NCBI GenBank assembly: GCA_002104905.1
Contig: MCFE01000032.1
Coordinates: 1 to 64,000 of the forward strand
From: Basidiobolus meristosporus CBS 931.73
Taxonomy: Eukaryota; Fungi; Basidiobolomycota
DNA: 64,000 nucleotides
Reading direction: 5' to 3'
Part shown: positions 49,001 through 62,269 of the stretch, in pieces
How positions within the stretch are numbered: the first letter of the stretch is position 1
How the letters are laid out: every line of letters begins with the position of its first letter
The notes under the pieces: generated by a model
Databases searched by the model: none
What the model saw: the letters and a program-made list of their open reading frames with translations, nothing else
Told to the model about the DNA's origin: nothing
Translations under genes and position numbers: made by a program

Positions 49001-51073
49001 ATCCACATCTCTGACTGGTGGTAGGCTTACAAGCTCATCTGGAAACACATCTGAATATTCTTTCAACAGAGTCTGCACCTTCTGGGATGCTGGAGTAGAG
49101 GAATCCTCCTGTAATACTGCCATGAGGAACATCTGGGTACCTTTTCTAAGTACCTAACAGAACTGTGTCTTGCTTAGTTCACTTTTTCTGGACACAATGG
49201 AATTGTCCAAGTTGAAAACCAGTCTGGCAGGTGATAGCTCATGGGTCTTGTTGTACTTTGGGATCTAAGTTGCCTGGATTCTCCAGTTGATTGATAGATT
49301 ACAATAAAGTAGCAAGGTTTTTCCAAGTACAAGGTCAAACTTGCAGTTCCCAAATATATAGGCCTGTAGGTCTTCTGCATAGTATTGATCTTCATTCTTA
49401 CTGGCTGAGTAATAAGGTTGATAATGTAAGAGTTCTCATCAGCTACTGAAACTGAAGTTGATTTGGTGGGTCCAAGTTAATTCCAGCTTTCAAGGCAAAC
49501 TGCTCTGACATGTACTCATGTGATACTCCTGAGCCAATCAAAATCCTGGCAGTTACTCCATTGATTACTCCATTCAAGTATAATAGCTTTATTCTTCTGT
49601 CATATGGAAGGTGAATTCTGAGTCTTCTTCAAGTTCATCCTCCAAGTAACTATGCTCAAGGGCTTCAATATGGCTGAAGGCTCTTGATGACTGGTGTCCA
49701 ATTCTTTCTGATGGCAGGACTTTGTAATATATCCCTGCGGGTGGCAATTGAAGCAAAGTCATTTCTTCTTACATTCTTCAGAGGTGGAATTCTTCTGCAT
49801 AGCGTCTATTTCCCTTGGCACTGCTTCTCATTGTCTTCTTTCATAGTGATTGTAGCCTCACTGATTAGTCATTGTAGGCTTCCAAGCTCCAAGCATAGCT
49901 GAGTCATAGTCAATGGCAATTATGATGGTGTCTTCAGTAGTTTAGGGTCTCTGATACTTCACTTCCTTGCAAGTTCTTTCCTTCTACCCATCAATAAAGT
50001 ACCTAGCCTGATCCAAGGGGTCCATTCTTTCAATATCTCCAAGTAAGCAGCCATATTTACAGATGTACTCTTGAATCATTCCTTTCTGTATGAGTATCTT
50101 CAACTTCCTTCTTAGTAATGTGTGCTGGTGTAGGGGTTCAAAAGCATCCTGAATTTCCAACACAAACTCATCCCATGTAGAGATTGTAGAGCATCCCATC
50201 ATGGTGGCTGACATGATCTTGATGTGGTACCACTGTAAAGCTGCATCTGGCAGGTAAGAGACTGCATAATGTAACTTGTTTTCTGGAGCAATTCCCTTAA
50301 CTTTGAAAGCTTCTTCAATCAGTAAGAGCCAAGTTCCCAGGTTTTCATTGACACTACCATGATGCCAGTTGACCTTCACACTAAAGTTGCTCTTGACATG
50401 TTTTTGCTGGCTTTGGGCTATGGTAGTCATTCCTTGTTTCTGCTGGCTAAGGATCTGGAGTAACTATTGCTGTTGGACCAGGATTTGCTGCATAGCATTC
50501 TTCCAGCAACTCCTTATATATATTTTGCCAAATCAATTGCTGACTAATTGTATTTCCTTGTCTGGGTTGTAGCTAAGGATCTGGAGTGACTGTTGCTGCT
50601 GAGCCAGGATTTACTGCATAGCATTCTTCCATTCATGATTTTCTGACATCTTGAGGGGGCCTTCTTTTTGCAGGAGGGAGGTTTCTGATTATTGCTGCTA
50701 CCAATGTCACAAGTCTTGATATAAGAGTTGTAGAGTAATAGGGAGTTTAGCAAGCATTGTATTCACTATAAGTTGAACTGATTTTTATTGAGGTTCCAAC
50801 AGCTCCTTTTACACATTTTGCCAGATCAATTGCTGACTAACTGAATTTCCTAATGCAGGTTATGGCTGATAACTCATTTGATTGCATCATCATCACCCAA
50901 TAAGATCCTACCAAATATATCTATTTCTGTCTGATAAGTATCTGCTGATTCATTTGCAGACTAATGCTACTGATTTGATAGATAACACTGATATACTGAT
51001 AGGGTCAATATACAACTCATTGATTTCACTAAAAAATGATCTAACTCAAAGATTCAAGCAGCAGATCATTACA
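46062..51073 (-). mobile_element. Near-full-length decayed Ty3/Gypsy element 1 (LTR family B)
   Basis: LTRs 50705-51073 and 46062-46430; PBS TGGTAGCAG (complement of ~50695-50703); gag WLLLIEEAF...ALQWY...WDEF; [12 protein letters not shown]...PDDILIYS; RNase H ASDYAIGGVL...TDHASL; integrase WGIDFIVRLP...DRGTNF; many stops and frameshifts. Confidence 0.93.
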
Positions 51074-51599
51074 AATCTGCCCTGGCCCTCCACCAAATTC
51101 TTGTTAGGCTGTATTCTGAGTAGTTTGGAGCTTGTACTGCCATGCAAAGAGTAATCAATACTATACAACCACTCTCAGTATGCTACTATTGAAATAGCTT
51201 ATAGGAAGCTTGCTATATCAATAGAAGATATAGCCTTCATCAATATCAACAATCTTGGGCTCAAATATACTGTTGGTAGTGTTTCCTACTTCTAAAGCAG
51301 AGTTCTGAACTTCTACTCACCATTGAGCTTATTTTCTTCTTAGTTGCTCTCCCTTCTCTTGAAGGTACATACTTATTTGAGAAAATATATCCCTATCTAG
51401 AAACTCTTAGCTCCTTTTGAACTAAAGGGGTGCCTAAAAAGGTGTTCTAGTGTAATGGGGGTTCTTAAAGGGGACTTCTTTGACAGATAAGTGATGTTTT
51501 CTTGTAGGACCTAGATTAAACTCTTGTGAGCTTTGCAGTTTCTTTACTGATGTCATAACAACTATTTTTGTAGGGCAGGGAGGTTGCATGATCCTGCAA

Positions 51600-53000
51600 A
51601 GCATTCATCAGCATCCAATTGGAAGACTCCAAATATTATTCCTCAAGTCAGACAACTATTAGGGCTTTCTAGTCAACTTGAAATTTGGATTAAGAACTAT
51701 GCTGCAATTGTTTGCCCATGTACTTGGCTATTATAGATAAACCTGGAATTTCAAGGGCTTGAGGAACAGGCAAATTCTATGTTAACATTACTTGATTCAT
51801 TATCAGAGCCACATGTCTTAGCAGCTATAAACTAGAGTGCTATTAACAGATAGATAAACATTGCATCCTTTGATTACGCTGGAAATGGAGTTGGTGGACT
51901 TATTATTCAAGTATCAAACAAACATCACTTATAATCTTGCAAATACATCAGTAGACTATTCAAAGGAAATGAGCTTAACAAACCATCTATTTAGAAGGAA
52001 GTACTGGGAGTACTCTGTATATTCAAGGATCTTAAGTCATACTTATTAGCAGTATACCGCACACTTGAGGTTGATGCTAAGCCATTATCAAGAATGTGAA
52101 ATATGTTACCAGGATCCAATCACAAGGGGCCTGATGCTCTATATAGAAAGCAATCAAGTTACCATGTTCAACTGACAATGATCAGATAGATGAATTTCTT
52201 GGAAGCACAAGTCTTGGGTTCTCACTCTAACATATGATACAAAGCAATTTGTCTGCAAATTACCAAATTTCTTACATTACTCTAAAGCTCCTGCCAATAT
52301 TCTCACAAATCAACCACAAATTTGAAAAGAAGGCCCTGAAGTCAATTCAGCATGATGGTACACTTCTCAGCAAAAGCAACAATGGAGCTCCATAATGGAA
52401 TACATATAACAAGCATAATCAAGAAAAGATCTCTAATGAACTGCAGGGATCTGAATGAGAGGTCATTACAAAATTGTATTAACACATGCAAATCTCCTAA
52501 CAGTATTTTTGGCCAACTCTGTACACAATAGAAAATAGCATGTGGTATCATCTATTCCACGCCAAAAAAAAGACAGCTAAGAGATGCATGAAATAAAAGC
52601 ACTAGCAATGAGGCATGTAATCATGCTTATCCATATACTGCTATATCACCCACAGGCAGATTCACTGGTTGAAGTGGACATTCTGCTTTTACAAGCACAT
52701 TAGCAAAGCTTAGCTATCAAGAACTCAATGAGTGGGCAAATAATTTTCCTACAGCAATATGGGATGATAGAATTTCTGTCAACCAAAGCACAGGGTATTC
52801 TCCACCTGTGACTTCCCCAGCTGAAAGATGAAAAGTAGAGCCTCTGTCTAGAATCTCCACCCCATACTAACAAGCATGAAGGTTATCAGACAACCCCTGG
52901 ATAACTTGCACTGCTGGGTGATTTGACTTTGATTGGTACCACATCAGTAACAAGACTGCAAAGCTTGCAAGAATCAAATCTAAGTTCAAAAAGAAAACTT
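51600..53000 (+). mobile_element. Ty3/Gypsy RNase H-integrase remnant
   Basis: GNGVGGLII...SRLFKGNEL...KEVLGVL...DAKPL, QYFWPTLY, and WDDRISVNQSTGYSP. Confidence 0.7.
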
Positions 53001-55990
53001 TCATGTTTCTGCTGGAGAGGTCCCTTCCAATAAACCCTTTCACTTGAAAGTATCCCCCTCTGACACTCTTTCAGTCCAATAGCCCATTTACTCCAAAGAA
53101 GCCCAATTAATCTGACAGCACCTCATTAGACATCCCATTAGGTCTAGAGTTCTCTTTAGAAACACCTTTGCAACCCCTCTTCAGGTAAAAGGGGAGTTCA
53201 GATTTTGCAGTACAAATTTATCTTCTCAGAAAAGAAATGTAACTTCCAAATATGGAAGAGTTACTATAGAGCTAAGGAAGTCCAACAGTCAACTGAGGGT
53301 CAGGACCCTGTTGTAGAAGTGGGAAATATGGATGCCTAGAATTAATGGCTAATACTCATGGGGTTATGGGGTGGGGTGCTGTAGGTGTTCCCAGATAGTA
53401 ATATACCAAAGGGAAGACTACAACATCATATCGGGCTATGCAAGAGGTCAGTAAAACCAACATGGAGCTTTCAATACAATGCTAGAATATGGGGAAACCC
53501 TTTAGAAGGAACTGGAATTACTTATTTAACCTGATTTAGTTTCATCATTAGGGACCAGAGATGTCATGAGTGTTGTAAAATTTGATAATCCTCCTGAGTA
53601 TTCACCTAACTTAGTCACCAAGATCATTACCTTCAAATCCTGGAGAATACTGACCTGATTCCTGGTTGGGAGTTTCTTGGAATATACTCACCACCACATT
53701 AGGTACCCAGAATACAAATATTATCAAAGTTGTCCAAATAGCCCCAAACTTTGTACGCATGCTGTTGAGACCATTCAAAACCATTCTATGTAATTCTTAT
53801 GGCAATATCATGTCAAAGTATACATATTACTTTCATATTCAATGAATCAGTAGGTGAGAAATATATAAACTACTTGTTCTCCCAATTACTTCCAACATCT
53901 CCATAACTCTGACAACAGGGTATGAGCCTCAAGCTGTCACTCTCTGCAATATCTACTACTGCTATCCCTAGAGTTTTTCCTTTGCTGAAAAGCTAGAAGG
54001 ATCTAACTACCATGTGTGGAAGGTGAAGATCAAGAAACTACTGCAAGAAAGTGGCCTCTGGGATATTGTCATGGATGAAGAATGCCCACCTAAAAATGTA
54101 GGAGAGGAAGCCTTGATATAGCAGAAGCAAGAACAAAGTGCCTTTAAGTGCATTTGTCTTAACATCAAAGACAAATTGGTTATTGAATGCTTAAGCGCAA
54201 AAATAGCAAAGAATGCCTGGAAGGCATTAGGGGACAGATACCAGCCATACTAAGCCGCTGAGAAAGGTATCTAACACAAATATTCTCCACTACAATGATG
54301 CTGCCAGGAGAAAAGCTGGGAAATTTAATTAAAAGAAATACCCTGCTGGTGGATGAGATGGAATCTGTGGGCATACAAACACTGATTAGGATGCAATAGT
54401 TACTATCCAGGATAGCCTGAAAGATAGGTTTTAGGGTTTTGCAATAGTCCTAGAGTCAAGAACTAAAGACTTGACTTTACAATATATATATATAAGACTC
54501 CTGGATGAAGAATTAAGAAGATGAAATGCAATTAAGAAAGAAAAAAAGGTGCTTCTCTAAGCAATGATAAGCAATAAAGGAGGGATTTTGGACCCTTTAA
54601 AAGCAACAGCAACCTATTTTGCAACTACTGCAAATGGAAAGGACACACACCTGACCAGCTCTTCAAAAGGAGAGATAATCAGCAAAAGAAGCCTGAATAT
54701 AGAGATTCTGCAGCAAAAAAATATAGACTCTTCATATAAGCACTAATTATGACCACAAACAAGGATTCTCAGATGTGGTACATTGACTCTGAAGCATTTT
54801 AACCCCTTGTATATCAAAAAGTACTTTTCCCCAATATCAAGAAAGTGTAATTAAGAAGGATTATTGCAATGACAACAAACACCTAATGCTGCAGGAGAAG
54901 GAACTATTCAAGCAAGCCTCAGAAGCAGTGAAGGCAGCCATATACTGACCTTTAAAGAAGTATTCTATGCACCAGCAATATCCAAGAACCTACTGTTTGT
55001 AAGCAAGGCCACAGCAAAAGGACTCAATTTCAGCTTTCACATTTTTGAATGCAGGATCACTGATTAAATGGTGCCAATATTGCATAGGGCTACAAGTATC
55101 AGAATCTGTATAAGTTGTCTTATGTTCCATAATATCTGAAAGCCAATATGAGTAACTTCAATGAAGAAATACCTATGCTTTGGCACAGAATATTTGGACA
55201 TATTTATTTGATTATTTGAGCAAAATGATCAAAGATCAGTTAATTTTTCAAGTAAAGTTGATCCCCCAGCAGGTTAGGAGCACTGTAAAGCCTGCATGTA
55301 TGGGTAATATGCAAGACCATAATTCTGGAGCTCTTGGTTAATTAAAGCTTCAAAAAATTTAGATCCAACATACCAAGATCTGTATGGACCTATGCAAAAT
55401 TCATCTTTAGGTGGGATGAGGTATTCAAACACTCTTATTGATGATTATACAAGATATATTTGAGTCTACTTTATGGAGAGAAAGGAAGTAGCTCTGTCTA
55501 AGCTCAGAGAGCTTAGAGCAATAATGGAGAGGGAAACTGGTGGAAAATCAAGAAAATACCCGCTGACAATGGTAGCAAATATACCTCAAAACTCTTCATT
55601 CACTTCTGCAAAATTCATGGGATAACTAAGGAGACTGCAGTATCATACTCCCCACAGCAAAATAGAGTTGTGATGTATGCAAGCAGATCAATAATTGATA
55701 TAGCAAGATCTATGATCTGCAATCAGTGATTGTCCTCAAATACTGAGGGGAGTAAGTTGTAACAGCTATATGTGTTAAAAATAGAAGCTATCACAGAATA
55801 CTTCACAATTGTACTCCATCTGAAGCATAGCATGGATAGAGGCAAGAGCAACACATCTAAGAATACTTAGGTGTACAGCATATACCTAGGAACTGCCTGA
55901 TAATTGGTCAAAATATGAGCCAAAAAGTGTAAAATGCATATTTTTGGGCTACTATAATAAGAGTAAAGCATACAGGCACTACAATACCAA

Positions 55991-56359
55991 TGTTATAAGT
56001 CTTGATATAAGAGTTGTAGAGGAATAGGGGTTTAGCTAGTATTGTATTGACTAAAATTTTAGCTAATTTTTATTGAGGTTCCTGCAGATCCTTATATACA
56101 TTTTGCCAGATTAGCCACTGACTACTTGTACTTCCTAATTTAGATTGTGGCTGATGATTCATTTGATTGTATTATTGTCATCACAATAAGATCCTACTTA
56201 ATATATCTATTTCTGTCTAATAGGAATCTGCTGATCTATTTGTTGACTAATGCTACTGATTTGATAGGTAACACTGATATGCTGATAGACTGAACATACA
56301 ACAAATTGATTTGACTAAAAACTGATCTAACTGAAACATTCAAGCAGTAGATCATAACA
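55991..56359. repeat. Solo LTR, Gypsy family B, inserted in the Copia integrase
   Basis: TGTTATAAG...CATAACA; 4-bp TSD CCAA; excision restores YNTKAMKLIKSRDV. Confidence 0.92.
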
Positions 56360-56562
56360 CCAAAGCAATGAAGCTGATCAAGTCCAGGGATGTGTTGCTT
56401 GGTGAAAGTTCAAGATTTTCACTAAAAATGACATCAGATAATGACCAAAATTTTATTGCAGGTCAATTAACATTCAGGAATGAATCAGAGCAAAACAATG
56501 AAAACTTCTTCACTTAAGAGGACTCTACACTGGGTCTGCCTGATTACATAACATACTTGACC

Positions 56563-57039
56563 TTTCATGATCTGGTCATATCAAGTTGGCAAAGAAGTCC
56601 CAGTTCCTTCTTGAATATTCTACTACATTCTAGTAACTTCTTAAAAACTTCAAGTTGATGTTACCCAATGGAATATTCTGTGGAAGCTTCACTTTGGAAC
56701 TCACATAGCTCAATACAGTATATGATATTGCATTTCACATGACCTAGTCACATGATCTGCTTACTCTTGGCATATCCCAATGTAATATACTAGACTGTTC
56801 TTTGATGTATTTCTGTCTTGGCATATATACTGTGCCTCACCCCAGAACCCCATCAGTATTAGCCATTATCTCCTGGCATATATATTATCAAGATGTATAT
56901 TTAGTTCTAACTTCCATTTGGTATTCCTCAGTCTGATGAAAACAGGTCTTGAATAAATAGCCTTGCCTTGAAATCTGCCTTGCCTTTTTGATCTAAACCA
57001 AAGTCTTTTCCTGCTCCTGCCTTTTATCAATTCATAACT
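56563..57039 (+). repeat. Solo LTR, family C, between Copia integrase and RT
   Basis: Homologous to 42339-42840 (shared TCACATGACxTAGTCACATGATC and GTATTCCTCAGTCTGAT...CAGGTCTTGAATAAA). No TSD evident. Confidence 0.75.
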
Positions 57040-58513
57040 GGAATAACTCAAATCACAATATAAATCAGGGTACAAACCTACCCTAGGCCAATTCAGTCTA
57101 TATTGATGAGCATCAAACTGTAAAAGAGTCCTTAAATAGCCCTCAGACAAAGTTTTGGAGATCTGCAATGTTTGAGGATTATCAGGCTTTGATGGAGTAT
57201 CAAATTTGGGACATAGTCAAATCTGCAATCAGCCAAAAGTTAATTGGATGCAGATGTGTCTTTAAGAAAAAAACAAGGCTGTTGGTACTATTGAAAGATA
57301 CAAAGCAAGACTTGTGGCCAAAGGATAACCTCAATCTAAAGGGCCTGACTCTACTGAGACCTTTGCACCAGTAGCCAAGTTTAATTGCATCAGATTAATA
57401 TTGACTATTACAGCCAAATTTAAGTTTGCGGACAAAGATAACACCCATCTGATCTGCAAGCTTAAAAAATCCCTTTGTGGTATTGAACAATCACCATCAG
57501 CCTATAGTTACAAAATAGGTTTTTACCTGTAATCTTTGAATTTGCAAATGAGGAATGCTGACTATAGTATATACTATTAGCCAGATTATGCAAATTCAGC
57601 TCTATTAGCTCTATAGGTGGACAATATTATTATAGCTGTCACAAACTAGAAACACTGGAAGAAGCTAAGTTCAGCCAATTCAAAGAGTTCAAGATTCTCA
57701 ATCAATGAGAACTTGGTTTCTAATTAGGGATAAAGTTTTCCTTAGACTGGGGCACACTAAATATTACCCTAACCCAATCCAAGTATATTCCAGATATATC
57801 AATGAAGTACCAAATGGAGACTATAAACCAGGGGACACCTCAATGGAGACAAACATTAGCAAGATTAAATGCAACCAAATCAAGCAAGCTTGGTGCAATC
57901 TGAAAGCCCTGACTCTCCTTATCAATATTAGGGTGGCAGTCTGATGTACATCACATTGGTAACATGTCCATATGTCTCATATTGAGTGGGAGTTGTCAGC
58001 CAGTGTAATCAGAAGTATGGATCTGATCATATTGCAGCAGTTAAGAGGATTTTGGATACCTAAAAGGAACCACAGATATAAGTTTTTGGTACACCTATAT
58101 GGATTCAGAGCAAGACCTTGTAGGATAGTGCAATACATATTGGGGATGAAATTAGAAGACAGATGATCCACCACAGTACACAACTATTGTTACTGTACAG
58201 GAGCAATTTCATGGAATTCAACAAAGCAACCAACCATAGGACTTTCTACCACAGAGGCAGAGTATATGGCAGCCTGTGAAGCTACAAAAGAGGCCATGTG
58301 GTTAAGGAAGCATTTTAAAGATTTGGGCCTATGTCATAAGTTACATAAAACTTAGTTTCAGATAATCAAGGATGTATACAAATGGGTAAAGTCCAACTTT
58401 TCATGCTAGAACAAAGAGAATAGATATTGGATATCATTTCATGCATGAGCTATAAGGAATAACTCGGCTAATTTGGTTTACTGTCCTACATGTGAAATGA
58501 TTGCCAACACATT

Positions 58514-59247
58514 AGACTTGTTCTGTTGGATAGTGCCACATTGAGCCATGAGTGCCAAATGATGCCATAGTGTGCCAGAGAGGTAAAGTGAGCCTATACT
58601 TGGCCACAGAGTGTGAAACATAGCTCTGCATCTTCATGGAAAGCAGCCCCTGTGTTTCACCCATTACGCAGGAGAAAATCCATTTTTTGACCTTTTTTTG
58701 TGGATCAATGTAGCTCAGGATGTGTAAGAGCACAGGAGAACTGAAGATATGCATCTGGTACTCAATACCCATGGCACTCTGAATCTAGCTCCTGTAGCTT
58801 GTATCATGTCACAAAAATGAATGGCACTATCTTGGTCCACTGGTACTATCTGGCACTATATTTAAATATTAGACCTAAAGTAAGAGCTATACAATGCACT
58901 TATAGTGCCAGATAGTACCAGTGGACCAAGATAGTGCCATTCATTTTTGTGACATGATACAAGCTACAGGAGCTAGATTCAGAGTGCCATGGGTATTGAG
59001 TACCAGATGCATATCTCCAATCTGCTTGTGCTCTAACACATCCTGCACAACATTGATCCAAAAAAAAAGGTCAAAAAATGGATTTTCTCCAACACAACAG
59101 GTGAAACACAGGGGCTGCTTTGCATGAAGATGCAGAGCTATGTTTCACACTCTGTGGCCAGGTAGAGGCTCACTTGGCCTCTCTGGCACACTATGGCATC
59201 ATTTGGCACTCATGGCTCAATGTGGCACTATCCAACGGAACAAGTCT
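58514..59247. mobile_element. Foldback non-autonomous element of TIR family E (two ~347-bp inverted arms, 40-bp spacer)
   Basis: Arm 58514-58860 is the reverse complement of arm 58901-59247; termini AGACTTGTTC(C/T)GTTGGATAGTGCCACA; 3-bp TSD ATT; excision restores Copia MIANTFTEPL. Confidence 0.92.
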
Positions 59248-59412
59248 ATTTACAGAACCACTCACTAGAGACAAGTTTGCATTTCTTAAATCAAATGGCA
59301 ACAAGTCAATATAAACCTTTAATTAGGTGGGAGTATTGTAAAAGCTTGTAGCTCCACCTCAATATACACTTAGCTTAGTCACCAAGATCAGTGCCTTCAA
59401 ATCCTAGACAAC

Positions 59413-59539
59413 GGACTTGTTCTGTGGATAGTGCCATATTGAGCCATGAGTGCCAAATGATGCCATATTGTGCCAGAGAGGCCAAGTGATCCTATACTTT
59501 GCCACAGAGTGTGAAACATCTATCCAATGCAACAGGTCT
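59413..59539. mobile_element. Short internal-deletion derivative of TIR family E inside the Copia 3' LTR
   Basis: GGACTTGTTCTG...TATCCAATGCAACAGGTCT; flanks AAC/AAT. Confidence 0.7.
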
Positions 59540-59810
59540 AATAATAACAAAACTCCCTGTTGGATTTAAATAGAATGTTTTTTACCAAAACATCAGTACT
59601 CAGCACATGAATATTATCAAAGTTATCCATGCAACCCCAAACTTTGCACACATGTTCTTAGGACCTTCCTTAGCTGATTCTGCTTGTTTCTTCTGCCAGG
59701 ATTAAGTAAACTACAGAAACTACTCTTAGATTAATACATATTATCAAAGAAAACCACATAATTTCCTTGCTCTCCTAAGCACTTCAAATATCTCCAAGAT
59801 TCCTACAACA

Positions 59811-59961
59811 GTATATGAGCCTCATATTATCACTCTGTTATGGATACTACTGCTATTACTGGTACTTCTTCTGCTGAGACACTGGATAACTCTAACTGCC
59901 AAGTCTGGAAGGAGAGGTGGAAGATAATTCAATAGGAGAGAGGCTGTGAGATTTTGCCACA
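59811..59961 (+). mobile_element. Second Copia PBS and gag start following the LTR at 59334-59810
   Basis: GTATATGAGCC, then a frame resembling AETLDNSNCQVWKER, homologous to 53918-54070. Confidence 0.75.
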
Positions 59962-62142
59962 GGACACTATATTGCCTCCTATGTCTTTGTGAATTGATTG
60001 GCTATTGCCTTTTTTTCACACTACTTACTTCCTGACTCAACTGTTTCCCTTACTTTTCATGTGTACAAATTGATTTATTTCTGTTGAAACTTGAGTTGTA
60101 CCTCAATTGCCAATTGTATTGACCTACACAAGTCTCTATACCCTGCACTAACATTAAGCCCAACACACACTCAACAAATAACACCATAAAAATCAACCAG
60201 TCAATAGGTATTTCTGCTGTAACACTCTGGCTCCATCACATTGGCAGAAACCCAACAGCTTTATGCTGCTGTTCATTCACTGGTTCCTATACATCCCGGT
60301 CTTCAGCCAGCACTGCAAGGTCTGGCTCCTCATATGCCAGTCTTTGCAAAAAATCCTTGCAATATTCCAGTCTGTTTTTTGAGCACTGCTCTTAAAGAAG
60401 TGCTGCAACCTCTTGGTGTGCCTATTAATGTTCCAAAACTTGACTGAAGGCATTATAATAGTCTTTCAGGCTCTAGATTTTGTATCCTTGTCTATCAGTG
60501 CAATCTCCACTCTGTCAACAGTTGAAGATATGGAGGCAGTGGAGGCTGTGGTAGTCAAATTGCCTTATTCAGCAAACTCATCTACCTTGCCAATGTGTAG
60601 CTCTACTGGCTGTGCTTCCAACTCTAGTGAAAACAGCCGTTTTCTTGTAGGTAATTCTTCTTGGCTGTGATGGAGTTTGGTCTGTTCCTGGCTTGCAGCG
60701 TTAATTGGTGAGAACTGCAGTTTTTTTTGCATGCCTCCCTGTAGCAGGCTTGTGTAGACATTTTTCCCTTTACCTTTTCCTTTCTCACTGCCAGGTCTTT
60801 TACTGCTACTATGTCTGAGTGCTTCTTGTAAAGAACTACATTTTCTCCTGGATAAATTCTGCTCTGATGCATCTATTTTGGCCTGCTTATCCCTTGCCGG
60901 CACTCTTCTAGCAACCTGATGTTTCTTTTCCACTTGTTTTGAGCTCTCAACTCTAGTTGTGACGGGCTCCTGTAAAAGCAGCTGGTTTTTATCACTGCCA
61001 AGTCCTTAACTGCTACTTTGACTAGGAGCTTCTTGAGTGGCACTATGCTTTTTCCTTGATAAATGTTGTGCTGGTGCATCCATATCTGCCTGCTTGTCCC
61101 TAATTGGTACTCTTCCAGCTACCTGATGTCTTATTGACGCTTGTCTGGAGCTTTTGGCCCTGTTTGTAACTGGCTCTTGATGAAGCCACTGGTTTTGAGC
61201 CATAGCACGTTGGTTCTTCTGCCTTTGATAGTTTCTGCTATTCTTAAGATACTCTCTTAGCATACCAATGCTGGCCCAAAATCTGTTTTCTTGTTTGAAT
61301 CCAGGATAATGCTCATGGAACAATTCAAGTGCATTCTACTTGGCCTTGAGCTCCTGATGGTCTCATGGTATGCCAGCATTAAGGTGATGGCATGCTAGAC
61401 TTCTGACAGCCTCTTGTATATTAGCCCACTCTTCATTATTGCACTCAATGGCCTAACAGATCTTCAATGTCTTTTGATTTTTAAGGTTTGGTATAAGCAT
61501 CACATTGTCTCCCTCCCATGCTGTGATAGGTTTTCCTGTGGGCTCTATCTTTGGGCACTGTTGTTGTGCTTCAAAGACTGTACAGTGTTCCTCTGCTGTT
61601 ACATTGGGAAATGGTACAATTCTTGGCTGTGACATTGAGTTACTTGAGTTCCTTCTTTGCAGCAAATATGCTGCTTTCTCTATCTCAAATATTAATTGCT
61701 CTACACATATTATTTACTTACCCTGTTTCTGGACTATTTCCTAATTTCTCTGGGCCATTACATCTATTCTATCAGCCACTGCACTTAATTGCTTCATTAA
61801 TGCTTTGGTATGAGCTGACAAGATACTTGCTGGTTGTAATGTTATCATGGCCACTTGCTGATTTTCAAATGAGGGTGCTGCATTTGCTACATTCTCATCT
61901 GCCTGAGCATAATGGTTAGCTTGTGGCTCTGCAGAGGCTCTCAATTACCTACTTGACTGAGAGCCTGAGAAGTCCACACTATTACCTTCAATGTGCACAC
62001 TGTCCACAGGGCCTTTTTTGGATGTAGCACTGCTTGTTGCACTGAATGTCAAAGCAAGCTGTTGTCCAACCTTTCTTCTGTTGACATCAGCAGTGGGGTT
62101 TGGTTGAAAACCAGACAACTTTGCTTTATTTCTTGGCGGCAT
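59962..62142 (-). mobile_element. LINE-like 5' portion: decayed ORF1 and start of ORF2 endonuclease
   Basis: A broken frame from MPPRNKAK (62142) runs through a heptad-like MKQLSAVADRIDVMAQ, then MPSVKFWNIN...EEPDLAVLAED (EEP-like motifs I/II). Homologous to 33200-34115. Confidence 0.55.
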
Positions 62143-62269
62143 ATAAATAGAAGTGAGTCAAACCAAAGGCAACATAGTGTTACATATGCATGTGTATGTG
62201 GTGCCACGACTTTATTTATAGTGCTTGTTGTAGCAGGTCATCATTGAATCTTACATTAATGTAGGTGCA

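Larger units (their letters stand above)
53571..59810 (+). mobile_element. Decayed Ty1/Copia element (LTR family A) carrying several nested insertions
   Basis: 5' LTR 53571-53917 (TGTTG...CAACA); PBS GGGTATGAGCC; gag KLEGSNYHVWKVKIKKLL; integrase YCPYS/KAYRHY...KSRDV-type motifs; RT; RNase H STTEAEYMAACEATKEAMWLRK; PPT AGGTGGGAG; 3' LTR 59334-59810. Confidence 0.92.

Noticed and set aside
53300-53560. Frame YSWGYGVGCC...NQHGAFNTMLE vaguely like RNase H
   Set aside because: Too short and degenerate to assign.
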